This document shows positions 43,296 through 52,275 of a stretch of DNA of 64,000 nt, in pieces. Positions within the stretch are counted from its first letter, which is position 1; each line of letters begins with the position of its first letter. The DNA is from Candidatus Poribacteria bacterium (GTDB lineage Bacteria > Poribacteria > WGA-4E > WGA-3G), in assembly GCA_965205015.1 (NCBI GenBank), contig OZ242029.1, positions 3,328,001 through 3,392,000 of the forward strand, in the 5' to 3' direction. The position numbers and the translations under genes were made by a program. The notes beneath the pieces were generated by a model. The model ran no database searches and was not told the origin of the DNA. It was given only the letters and a program-made list of their open reading frames with translations.

Positions 43296-44798
43296 TCACA
43301 ATAGAAAACCCTGTTCTGCTAAAGCAATGGCACTGAGCATAGCTCGCGCTTTACTCAAGGTTTCGTAATACTCCGTTTCAGGCACAGAATCCGCGACAAT
43401 GCCAGCACCCGCTTGCACATAAGCCGTGCTATCTTTGATAACCGCCGTTCGGATCGTAATCGCTGTGTCTGTGCTGCCAGAGAAACTGAAGTACCCGACC
43501 GCGCCTCCGTAAGTCCCGCGGCGTGTCGATTCGAGTTCATCAATGATTTCCATTGCCCGGACCTTCGGGGCACCTGAAAGGGTGCCTGCGGGGAGGCAGG
43601 CTCGGATCACATCGAAAGCCGTGACATGCTCACGGAGTTTCCCGATCACGTGTGAAACGATGTGCATCACGTGTGAGAAGCGTTCAACTATCATGAGATC
43701 GGTCACTTCAACCGTCCGATACTCGCAGACGCGCCCGAAGTCGTTGCGTCCTAAATCAACGAGCATGACGTGCTCTGCGCGTTCTTTCGGATCTGCGAGG
43801 AGTGACCGTTCCATCTCAAGGTCCTCCTCCGTCGTTTTGCCACGCGGGCGAGTTCCGGCAAGTGGGCGATGCTGAGCGAGTCCATCCTCTACCCGTACCA
43901 TCATCTCCGGGGAGGCACCTACAATATCAAAACTCTCCAGTTTCAGATAATACATGTAAGGCGATGGGTTGACGATCCGCAATGCACGATACACCTCGAA
44001 TGAATCTGCAGATACTGGACAACTCAACCGCTGCGAAATTACCGCTTGGATGATGTCGCCTGCGGCGATGTATTCTTTCGCACGCCGAACCGCGGTTTCG
44101 TAGCCTGACTTTGTGAAATTCGATTGCGGATCGGATAGGATTTCATCATACCCGTCTTGAGACTCGCTACGCGCGCTGCCGACATGCGCTTCGGAAGTCG
44201 CTGTGAGTTTCTCGACCAATGCCTCAATTTTCGCAAGAGCCTCCGCATAAGCCGCGTCCACGTCTCCATCAATATGCGCGTTCGCCACAACCTTGATCTG
44301 ATGGTTCACATGATCGAATATCAAGAGCGTTTCGGCAATCATGAAGAAACAGTCGGGCAGCTGCAGATCATCTTCGGTATTATCTGGCAGTTCCTCGACG
44401 AACCGCACCATATCGTAACTCATATAACCCACCGCGCCCCCGTGAAATTTGGGTAGTTCTGCATTGTGAACAGGTCGGTAATCCTGCATCAATTCCTCGA
44501 GCGCACGCAACGGATCTTCATATTCCTGAACGACGGTTTCGCCTTTTTCCAAGTACTCAATGGTAACCTGATGCCCTTTACTCTGGAAAAGCACTGAGGG
44601 TTGGCTCCCCAAAAAAGAGTAACGCGCAAGATTTTCACCCCCCTCAACGCTTTCAAGCAAGAACACATAATTATCTGGCATCAACTTGTAAAAAGCAGAC
44701 ACCGGTGTCTCCATATCCGCCAAAATCGATCGGTATACCGGTATCGTGTTTCCTGATTTCGCTGCCTCGCGAAAATCTTCCAACGTAGGATAATACAT
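43296..44798 (-). CDS. trpE: Anthranilate synthase component I
   Basis: LLES Trp-feedback motif, NPSPYM, EHVMLVDLGRND and PAGTLSGAPK.RAM. Confidence 0.95.
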   Translation of the reverse strand: MYYPTLEDFREAAKSGNTIPVYRSILADMETPVSAFYKLMPDNYVFLLESVEGGENLARYSFLGSQPSVLFQSKGHQVTIEYLEKGETVVQEYEDPLRALEELMQDYRPVHNAELPKFHGGAVGYMSYDMVRFVEELPDNTEDDLQLPDCFFMIAETLLIFDHVNHQIKVVANAHIDGDVDAAYAEALAKIEALVEKLTATSEAHVGSARSESQDGYDEILSDPQSNFTKSGYETAVRRAKEYIAAGDIIQAVISQRLSCPVSADSFEVYRALRIVNPSPYMYYLKLESFDIVGASPEMMVRVEDGLAQHRPLAGTRPRGKTTEEDLEMERSLLADPKERAEHVMLVDLGRNDFGRVCEYRTVEVTDLMIVERFSHVMHIVSHVIGKLREHVTAFDVIRACLPAGTLSGAPKVRAMEIIDELESTRRGTYGGAVGYFSFSGSTDTAITIRTAVIKDSTAYVQAGAGIVADSVPETEYYETLSKARAMLSAIALAEQGFLL

Positions 44799-44895
44799 AT
44801 TTTAAATTTTCCTTGCGGTTCGGTCAGGTGCGTCTGGAATTCACGTTCTTATCCGTATGTCCGCCTGCGTATTGTTGCAGGCTCGGTTTTTTAAA
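44796..44895 (-). repeat. Family B element ending at the trpE start codon
   Basis: GAGCCTGCAACAATACGCAGGC...GAACCGCAAGGAAAATTTAAAATATG. Confidence 0.7.
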
Positions 44896-44914
44896 CTGAC
44901 GAACCTATTAGGGT

Positions 44915-45295
44915 CTAATAGACCGCATCTTCATCGAAAACCTTTTCGCCTACGATCTGCGTTGATTCTCCGTCGGGGGAAACTTCTCGAAAGAAGCAGG
45001 AACGATAACCGACATGGCACGCCGCTACTTTCTGCTCAACCTTTATGAGCAGGGCATCACCATCACAATCTATTGCAATAGATTTAACCGTCTGCGTATG
45101 CCCTGAAGTCTCCCCCTTTATCCACAACTTTTGGCGGGAACGGCTCCAGAAGCAGACGCGCCCTGTATTCAGCGTTTCCTTTATCGCTTCTGCGTTCATG
45201 TAACCTAACATCAGGATTTCGTTATTTGTGTCATCTTGAATGATTGCTGCGACTAAACCATCGCGGTCGTACTTAATTTCCGATAGAATTCTCAT
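44915..45295 (-). CDS. hisI: Phosphoribosyl-AMP cyclohydrolase
   Basis: [22 protein letters not shown] and [10 protein letters not shown]. Confidence 0.95.
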   Translation of the reverse strand: MRILSEIKYDRDGLVAAIIQDDTNNEILMLGYMNAEAIKETLNTGRVCFWSRSRQKLWIKGETSGHTQTVKSIAIDCDGDALLIKVEQKVAACHVGYRSCFFREVSPDGESTQIVGEKVFDEDAVY

Positions 45296-45337
45296 CTGGG
45301 TTCTCCTTTACAAATTTTGTCAATCTGCGAACTTTGC

Positions 45338-45378
45338 AAAAAAAATACCTTATGCCGCCGGGATCGGTGTGCATAAGG
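45338..45378 (-). terminator. Attenuator (intrinsic terminator) in the hisI-trpE-trpG leader
   Basis: CCTTATGC-15 nt-GCATAAGG followed by TATTTTTTTT on the minus strand, ~40 nt before hisI. Confidence 0.7.
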
Positions 45379-45429
45379 CTTCAACAGGACTTAAAAATAA
45401 AAAGTGACGATTTTCAATTTCTATTTCGA

Positions 45430-45531
45430 TTATCTGTTCGAGCGCACACTCCCCCGCAAGCCATTGGACCGCCACCAATGCCAATGGTTAGATATGCGAT
45501 GCAAGCTGGAGTGTGAACCTAAAAATGCCAT
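45430..45531 (-). CDS. His/Trp-rich attenuator leader peptide (33 aa, MAFLGSHSSLHRISNHWHWWRSNGLRGSVRSNR)
   Basis: Translated by hand. SD-like AAGGA/AAGG upstream; 4 His and 3 Trp codons; lies between a promoter and a terminator. Confidence 0.75.
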   Translation of the reverse strand: MAFLGSHSSLHRISNHWHWWRSNGLRGSVRSNR

Positions 45532-45596
45532 CCTTTTTCCTTCTCAACAAGGGTTGATGATTACCAAATCTTTGGATGTATCCACATCTACTATTA

Positions 45597-45625
45597 ATAA
45601 TAACATATCTGTTTTGTATTGTCAA
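45597..45625 (-). promoter_or_regulatory. Sigma-70-type promoter of the leader-hisI-trpE-trpG operon
   Basis: TTGACA-17 nt-TATTAT on the minus strand. Confidence 0.65.
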
Positions 45626-45645
45626 ATATTTTTTCAAAAAAATAT

Positions 45646-45674
45646 TTGCAGAAAATGGCACAACGTGATATACT
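45646..45674 (+). promoter_or_regulatory. Sigma-70-type promoter of the riboswitch operon
   Basis: TTGCAG-17 nt-TATACT with an extended -10 TG. Confidence 0.55.
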
Positions 45675-45702
45675 ATATACATTACAATTAAATAAACGAA
45701 CG

Positions 45703-45860
45703 ATTCAGGTGCCGAATTACGGAGAATAGGGAAGCGCGGTGAGAATCCGCCACGGCCCCGCCACTGTGAACGATCGCAAGTATCCGCTGAAAAAACCACT
45801 GTCAAATCACTGATGGGAAGGTCCAGCGGAAGGATCGGAAGTCAGGAGACCTGCCTGAAT
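45703..45860 (+). ncRNA. Cobalamin riboswitch
   Basis: ATTCAGGTG...AATAGGGAA.CGCGGTGAGAATCCGC...GCCCCCGCCACTGTG...CCACTG...TGGGAAGG...AAGTCAGGAGACCTGCCTGAAT (B12 box and closing stem). Confidence 0.93.
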
Positions 45861-46000
45861 TGTGTTTCACGCATCTGCTTTCGCGGGAAAGCGGTGGAAC
45901 GGAACACAGTATCCTGTCAAACGAAAAAGAAATTCTCACATAAGAGATGGAATTCTCTCACACAGTTACAGGATATGCCTTACACAGAGTGTCGCTTCCG

Positions 46001-46037
46001 CCCCTGTCTTTCCGATGAAAGCAGGGGTTTTTTGTTT
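46001..46037 (+). terminator. Riboswitch-associated intrinsic terminator
   Basis: CCCCTGTCTTTC-CGAT-GAAAGCAGGGG followed by TTTTTTGTTT, just before the SD GGAGG. Confidence 0.7.
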
Positions 46038-46054
46038 CATTACGGAGGTTTTTA

Positions 46055-47410
46055 ATGAACAAAGTTGTAGCGGCGCGGCTCGCAAGCGCGTCTCAAAAAG
46101 TCGCTCGTCGGCACTTCTCGTGTTATTCACTCCTACTTATCGGTGCGATCCTTTTCACACTCCTCGTGCGTCCCACCTTTGGACAAACAGAGGCCCCAAA
46201 CGCGGCAGTTGTCATAAATGCCTTAACGCATCCCGATCTGGGCATCACCGCCTCGCTCTCACTCATCAATCTGACGGAGCCTAATGAGAGACGGGCTGTT
46301 GACAATGAAATACTCCGCATCGGCTTTGATCCGATATTACGGCGGCGCGCAATTGGTCTCTCTATTTACGGGCATCTCGCCTATGTCACGAGTTTCAACT
46401 TGCCCATCACTGGCGAAACAAGTTCCGGCGACAACATCTATATTATTAACTTGGAAGATCGAGAGTTTGTTGGCGAAATTCCAATCCAAGCGGGCACAAC
46501 GCCGCAGCAAATCGCCTTGGTCAGTGATCAGAAGCTATATGTCACCTGTGCCGCAACGCATGAGGTACACGTCGTTGACATTCCGAATCGCAATGTAATA
46601 AAGGTCCTCACCGGTTCCTTCAACAAACCGACCGGTATCACACGCCTCAATGGCAAAGCCTACGTCGCGAACCCCGCATGGGAGTGGGATCCGGTTGCAC
46701 GGAAAACGACCTATTATGATAGCAGTGTCACAGTGATTGATACGCAGACAGACATCATATTAAAATCCATTCCGGTGCCGACAAATGCAGGGGCGATCAT
46801 CAACGACAACGAATCCACCGTTATTGTCAAGACAACGGGTAATTACAACGATGTCCTGGGGCATCTCGTTCTGATTGACGCAACTACCGATGAGATTATC
46901 GAAACGGTTAAGCTCGGTTTCACGCCTGGTGCCTCTGCCCTTAATTCAGAAAAACAGTTGTTTATCCAAGGCAGTTGGCAAAACCCCGGCTTACTCATCT
47001 ACGATATTGCAGCACAAAACTGGATCCGTGACGAAGATGACACGATCACCAACTTCAGTAACAATGCAGATACACCTATCAGTGGTGGACTGACTTTTGC
47101 ACCCGATGGAAATCTCTATATCATCCAACCCGACTGGTCGGGCGGTGGACAGGATTTCGTTCGCGTCATGGACGTTGCCGATGCCTCTCTCCTGCGATCC
47201 TATCACGTTGGACCCGCTGGCTCTATTTTGGGGTTCGCAACGATTACACCGCGACGTGAAGACATCAACAATGATGGGTTCATCAACATAAAAGATATGA
47301 TAATCGCAGGACGTTTTCTCGGCGACGAAGGTCCCGGGATACGTGCCGATGTCAATGGAGACGAAGTGGTGAATATTCTTGACTTGGTGCTGATCGATCA
47401 GGGACGCTAA
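46055..47410 (+). CDS. Secreted YncE/YVTN-type beta-propeller with C-terminal dockerin-like repeat; candidate corrinoid-binding protein
   Basis: Signal-like N-terminus, KLYVT/KAYVAN and VTVIDTQTD repeats, C-terminal DINNDGFINIKD...ADVNGDEVVNILDLV; first gene after the B12 riboswitch. Confidence 0.75.
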   Translation: MNKVVAARLASASQKVARRHFSCYSLLLIGAILFTLLVRPTFGQTEAPNAAVVINALTHPDLGITASLSLINLTEPNERRAVDNEILRIGFDPILRRRAIGLSIYGHLAYVTSFNLPITGETSSGDNIYIINLEDREFVGEIPIQAGTTPQQIALVSDQKLYVTCAATHEVHVVDIPNRNVIKVLTGSFNKPTGITRLNGKAYVANPAWEWDPVARKTTYYDSSVTVIDTQTDIILKSIPVPTNAGAIINDNESTVIVKTTGNYNDVLGHLVLIDATTDEIIETVKLGFTPGASALNSEKQLFIQGSWQNPGLLIYDIAAQNWIRDEDDTITNFSNNADTPISGGLTFAPDGNLYIIQPDWSGGGQDFVRVMDVADASLLRSYHVGPAGSILGFATITPRREDINNDGFINIKDMIIAGRFLGDEGPGIRADVNGDEVVNILDLVLIDQGR

Positions 47411-47436
47411 CCTATCATTCGTAGGCGAGGTTTCTA

Positions 47437-49452
47437 ATGGTCATCGCGCATCGGTTATCGGTTATCAGAAGAATAATCGTCAGCCATCAGCAATCAACTA
47501 AAAGCCGACTGCTGATGGCTGATGGCTATAAAGTAGCGCAGGTCTTGTGGGGCTTGCCGCTACTCCTTTCTTTGCTCTGTTGCGCTTCAGCTCCCAAAGC
47601 GGAACCTATCTCATGGGAGGTAACGTTTTTTTCCTTGGGGGCAAAGGTGCAATTTGGAACAACAGCACCGATACGAAACATAAAAGCCTTTAATCCTGAC
47701 GATGTGAGGGTCGCGCAACTCAACTTTCCTGTGCCACCTCGGCAGACGGAATCCCTTTATTTTCAGTGGAGCGAAGGAGAAACCTATCGGTTTGAGGCGA
47801 CCTTATCCACGGGGAACAGTATCGCTCAAAGCGTGACGGCACCGCGAACATACACACAGGGAAATTTAGAGATTGCTCTACCCTATGGTGCCGCGATTGA
47901 GACGGATTTAAGTAAGCCATCAGAAATTGATCAGAAGGCACTTGTTTTGCATGAAAGTGAAATGACAGCCACGGTCCTCGTCACAAACGGGAACGTCCCA
48001 ACGACCTTTGATCTCGAACTTTGTCTACCATCAACCGTCACAGCCGTTCGCTTTCCAGAAGATTGGAAGACAAAAAAAATGGAGTCGAAAACGTGCCTCT
48101 CCGTCACCAGTAGACTTGGTGTTGCATCGGAGGTGTGGTACCGTGAGTTAGTGTTGAAAACATCTGCGGCAAACCCATTGGATAGACAAGAGATTTCAGG
48201 CACTGTCCGTTTCACAACGGATGCAGGACAGATATGGGAACAACAAGCGACCGTGCAACTGCGGATCGCAACTGTTTCTGAGATTGCCGAACACCTCTCC
48301 ATCGAATCCATTGAGATGCCTACAGACGCAACGGGGACGGTCGATCCGAAGCAGCGAGAAAATACCATCTACTATCCACGCCCCTTATTCAGTTGGCTCC
48401 AAACATCACAGACCAATGCGTTCGAGCCGGTAACTTATCAGACAGTCCGACTCCGCAACGGCGGTGAAGAAACAATCCACGTGGTTGTGTCTTCAACGAA
48501 CACGGATACGAAAAGTGGCGAAACTATCCCCTTTCTTGCACCTCCAGAGACAACGAACGGTGGGGTGAATCAGAGCGTAGCGTTTGCGAGTCTGCCGGGT
48601 GGCACGGTTACAGAAATTCCGCTGCCTCTCTATTTCCATCCAGTGTATTTAAGTCAGGGTAAAATGGAGCAGGCGATCCCTGGGGCGTATAAACGTGACG
48701 TTACGGTAAAGGTTTGGGGAAGCGATGCGACAATTCTTCGCCAACAACGTCCACTTCACCTAATCGTTCCAAACCAGCAAGCGTTGCTCGTGAGTCTATT
48801 GGCAATCATCAGCAGTTGCATCGGTTTTGCAATTGTCTTGCGGTTCCATGAGCGACTTTTCGCGGGTTTCACAACAAAGCATCTCATTGTGATTGCCCTG
48901 TTCAGCACAACGGTTTTTGTGGCGGTGATGGTTCCGTCAACCCTGTTCCTTAATTTAGTCCGTGCCATCTTAGGTCCGTTCTCTGTACTGCTAATTGGCT
49001 TAATCAACGAGACGCTCTACTACGCCTTATTGACAGCATTGCTGATTTACATCACTGGAGACCCCAGAAACGCTGAGACGACAAATCATGTCCGCGTGAA
49101 AGGGAGTGGTGTAATCCTGCTTGTCTCTGCGGTACGTCTGCTTCTTGGAGGCGTAACGTTCGGGCTTTTCACACCGATGGCAATCGTCTATACCGGCACA
49201 AGTGTCCTCTTATTGGAAACGGGATTCTTACTTGTGCGGGATCGCCATCTACTGGCGTGGGCAGTCGTATTAGGCATCTGCGACGCCCTCTCTGGTTATG
49301 TCGATTTGCAGCTTTCTATACTCTTCTATCGGCTTTTCTACGCTGATTGGTATATTGTTCTCCGAATTTTAATAGAGGGGTTCGTCTATACATTTATCGG
49401 TGTCCTTCTCGGGGCGCGGTTGGGGAGAGGTTTATGGCGTGTAGCAGAATAG
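47437..49452 (+). CDS. Large extracytoplasmic domain fused to a C-terminal multi-TM ECF S-component-like domain
   Basis: Signal/lipobox-like LLCC, beta-rich region, then ~7 TM helices starting near FTTKHLIVIALF. The 5' end overlaps a family A repeat, so the true start may be 47515. Confidence 0.6.
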   Translation: MVIAHRLSVIRRIIVSHQQSTKSRLLMADGYKVAQVLWGLPLLLSLLCCASAPKAEPISWEVTFFSLGAKVQFGTTAPIRNIKAFNPDDVRVAQLNFPVPPRQTESLYFQWSEGETYRFEATLSTGNSIAQSVTAPRTYTQGNLEIALPYGAAIETDLSKPSEIDQKALVLHESEMTATVLVTNGNVPTTFDLELCLPSTVTAVRFPEDWKTKKMESKTCLSVTSRLGVASEVWYRELVLKTSAANPLDRQEISGTVRFTTDAGQIWEQQATVQLRIATVSEIAEHLSIESIEMPTDATGTVDPKQRENTIYYPRPLFSWLQTSQTNAFEPVTYQTVRLRNGGEETIHVVVSSTNTDTKSGETIPFLAPPETTNGGVNQSVAFASLPGGTVTEIPLPLYFHPVYLSQGKMEQAIPGAYKRDVTVKVWGSDATILRQQRPLHLIVPNQQALLVSLLAIISSCIGFAIVLRFHERLFAGFTTKHLIVIALFSTTVFVAVMVPSTLFLNLVRAILGPFSVLLIGLINETLYYALLTALLIYITGDPRNAETTNHVRVKGSGVILLVSAVRLLLGGVTFGLFTPMAIVYTGTSVLLLETGFLLVRDRHLLAWAVVLGICDALSGYVDLQLSILFYRLFYADWYIVLRILIEGFVYTFIGVLLGARLGRGLWRVAE

Positions 49453-49556
49453 TTTTTTAATTATACCTTGCGGATAAGTAGTGTGGTCTGGAACTTGAAG
49501 ATTTTGGTTTCGAGTCGCCTGCGCCGTTGTTGCAGGCTACGTTTTTGGTGAAGAAG
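49450..49556 (-). repeat. Family B element
   Basis: GTAGCCTGCAACAACGGCGCAGGC...ATCCGCAAGGTATAATTAAAAAACTA. Confidence 0.7.
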
Positions 49557-49666
49557 TCAGGAATCGAAATTCCCTTCTACGCGTCTAAGAATTGATAGCC
49601 ATAAATTTGTGATTTGACGACACAGAAAACTTGGAAACTCACAATACAAACACAAGGAATGTCATA

Positions 49667-51358
49667 ATGAAGCGAATTCAATTTTTGAGTCTACTTTGGT
49701 TGGTTATTACCTTACCGCTTAACGTCGCAACAGCGGATATGAGCGTCACTTGGGTCCGGACAGGCGTAATATTTGAAACGGAACACAGAAACGACGTTGA
49801 AGACGAAATCGGCATCGCATGGGAGACGAGCGGCACAACGCACGACATCGTCGAAAGACCGACAATCCAAAGGCTTGATGCAAACCGTGTTTTGTTCCCA
49901 TTGGTATGGCAACCGAACCAGACTTACCAATTTCACTTGAATGATAGCGAAACAACGGCAACGTCACCACTGAAACCTGAATCGTATCTCGTCCGCACGG
50001 TTGAATTAGATGAACTTTTATCGCTGATGGAAAACCTTCGGCAGCCTGCGAAACCCACGGCACTCGCCTTAGGACACGGAGATACCCCTCCATTAGCAAT
50101 TGCAACCGATAGCGGACACCTCGCAATACTCGAACCTTTGACCGGTGAAATTCTCTGGAAAACTCGTGTCTCGGAAGGCTATGTGAGGCAGATAGCGTTC
50201 AGTCCCGATAATACGCAACTCTACATTGGTGAACAGGCGGCAGATGGATTTGTCTACTGCTACGATCTAACGACCGATAAACCGACGCTTCGCTGGAAAT
50301 ACCGCACTGCTGATGACATCGAAACCTCCATGCCAAGTAATCCTGACAGCGTCTACGCGTGGGTAAGCTACCCCGGTCAATCGTGTATGCAAGCGTTGGC
50401 GAATGGAGACCTTTTGGTGGCGAGCGTGCACTCGTGGACAGAGAATAACACGCCGCTTAAGAAATCTCAACTCTACAGATTCAGTGGGGAAACGGGAGAT
50501 ACTATCTGGAAATGGCCCCGTGAAGGCGCGGTGCCAAAAATAATACGCTGGTTTGACGTAAGTGCTGACGGAAAAACACTCGCACTCCTAACGGATAGTG
50601 GGCATAACCTACAAGGAAGTGCAACAGATGAAGACGATGCTGGTAACGGAAAGCTCACTGTTCTCAATGCAGAAGATGGAATGGAAAAGTGGCACATGGA
50701 TATTCAACCGCTACGCGAGTATTTCTCACAAGTCACATTCTGGCGCGGGGTCAGCATGTCTCCCGATGGTAGGTTCATTAATGTAGCAACGGACGATGGT
50801 CGTGCCTTTATCTTTGACGTGGATACGTCGGAGCCGATCTGGCAGGAAAACCTTGCGACGCCACTGGAGGTCAGTGGCATCCCTATTATCGCAACGACTG
50901 GCACAATCGGTGCGACGGATGCCGCTGCACTCTTTGTTACAGGGGATACTTATATCCCATATCATCTCCGGAAGGGGGCACAGAAGCCATCGGTGGGACA
51001 TCCCAACGGGATGACACTGTTTGCCTATTCGTGGCGTGGCGAGAAAATCTGGCAGTGGAAACTTGAGAATATGCCACAAGGCTTACGCATTGACGCTCAG
51101 GATCGTTATGCCGTGCTATCGGTTTCCAAACGAGCCCAGGATCCGAATGAAAGCCTCCATGGGATGTCAGTGTTTGATCTGACAGCGGAGGGCAGCGGCT
51201 TGGCGAAATACCTATACACCTACCGCACAGAGGGGCAATTGCCTTACGACACACTCGCGATCAGTGAAGAGGGTGCTTTGATCGTTGTCGTTGAGGTCCC
51301 GATCGCAATGTCAGACGAAACCGTTCGTGGAAAGAGTCGGGTACATGTGCTGTATTGA
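49667..51358 (+). CDS. Secreted PQQ/WD40-like beta-propeller protein
   Basis: Signal peptide MKRIQFLSLLW..., repeated TGE.LWK/G..IWKW/SPDG motifs; SD AAGGA. Confidence 0.75.
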   Translation: MKRIQFLSLLWLVITLPLNVATADMSVTWVRTGVIFETEHRNDVEDEIGIAWETSGTTHDIVERPTIQRLDANRVLFPLVWQPNQTYQFHLNDSETTATSPLKPESYLVRTVELDELLSLMENLRQPAKPTALALGHGDTPPLAIATDSGHLAILEPLTGEILWKTRVSEGYVRQIAFSPDNTQLYIGEQAADGFVYCYDLTTDKPTLRWKYRTADDIETSMPSNPDSVYAWVSYPGQSCMQALANGDLLVASVHSWTENNTPLKKSQLYRFSGETGDTIWKWPREGAVPKIIRWFDVSADGKTLALLTDSGHNLQGSATDEDDAGNGKLTVLNAEDGMEKWHMDIQPLREYFSQVTFWRGVSMSPDGRFINVATDDGRAFIFDVDTSEPIWQENLATPLEVSGIPIIATTGTIGATDAAALFVTGDTYIPYHLRKGAQKPSVGHPNGMTLFAYSWRGEKIWQWKLENMPQGLRIDAQDRYAVLSVSKRAQDPNESLHGMSVFDLTAEGSGLAKYLYTYRTEGQLPYDTLAISEEGALIVVVEVPIAMSDETVRGKSRVHVLY

Positions 51359-51563
51359 TCTGTCCCAAGAATGACCTCGGTAATCTGTTGTGCTATAAAC
51401 GCCGCATCTGCCGTTAATTGCAGTATAGCAATTGCTATACGTAATTCCCGTTTTGCCCAGAGATGAAGCAGCACCAAAAAGTGTAGGGGAACAACACCCC
51501 TGTTGTTCCCCTGATCGCAACTTCAAAACAATATACGAAAATCCTGAAAACGACTACGCCTGT

Positions 51564-51761
51564 TTACTGTGACACCGCATTCTGAGCGACCGCGTTTTGC
51601 GTTGATACAATCACACCTTGCAGTGCCTGAAAATAACTCATTTCAGCCATCTTGATTGCGTGCGTATCTCCGCTTGCGCGTGCCCGTCTGAGTGCTTCCC
51701 AACTCAATGCCAGCATCCGGTTCGTTTGCTCTAAAATTCGCCAATCCGTATTCGAAATCAT
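51564..51761 (-). CDS. Small helical hypothetical protein (65 aa)
   Basis: SD GGGGGA before ATG, 20 nt downstream of the RHH gene on the same strand. Confidence 0.55.
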   Translation of the reverse strand: MISNTDWRILEQTNRMLALSWEALRRARASGDTHAIKMAEMSYFQALQGVIVSTQNAVAQNAVSQ

Positions 51762-51781
51762 GGAATCCCCCGAAATGTGTT

Positions 51782-52021
51782 TTACGCTATCGGCGGTTTG
51801 TTGTTCCGCTCAAACAGCGCGTTCAACGCCTCACTCAGCAGGTCTTGAATACTCGTGTCCTTCTCAATCGCGAGCATTTTCAACTGCCGATGCACATCCT
51901 TGTCGAAATGCCCAGAAATCATCTTTTTGCCCTGACGGGATGGCGGCACCAGTGGATTCGGTTTCGGTGTCGTCTCAACGGCACCCCCACCCTCGCCTGA
52001 CGGAATTGTTGCTGTTTTCAT
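51782..52021 (-). CDS. Ribbon-helix-helix DNA-binding protein (ParG/CopG-like)
   Basis: KMISGHFDKDVHRQLKMLAIEKDTSIQDLLSEALNALF; SD GGAGG before ATG 52021. Confidence 0.75.
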   Translation of the reverse strand: MKTATIPSGEGGGAVETTPKPNPLVPPSRQGKKMISGHFDKDVHRQLKMLAIEKDTSIQDLLSEALNALFERNNKPPIA

Positions 52022-52075
52022 AGATGTATGCCTCCATACATGTCCACATGCGAACATGTATACATGTATGAAAGT
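52020..52075. promoter_or_regulatory. Phased 8-bp repeats (nnACATGY), putative RHH operator
   Basis: atagatgt-atgcctcc-atacatgt-ccacatgc-gaacatgt-atacatgt-atgaaagt. Confidence 0.55.
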
Positions 52076-52275
52076 ATATTACGTTAGTTTTAAAAATCAG
52101 TTTCAGGTGCGTGAAAATTTTTCTCGATTTTCGGCTTCCATACCTGGATGGGAGATTGGAACGCGCTGGTTTTTTCTTGATAAAGACCGGCGTAACTATT
52201 AAAATAGCAACGTGTATCACAACATTTTCGCTAATTTTGAGACGAGTGATGAGAAATAGCAAAGGGGTGAACAAA

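Noticed and set aside
45404-46055. ORF-track ORFs across the leader/riboswitch region
   Set aside because: They overlap promoters, the riboswitch and terminators. The 33-aa leader and the riboswitch explain the region better.
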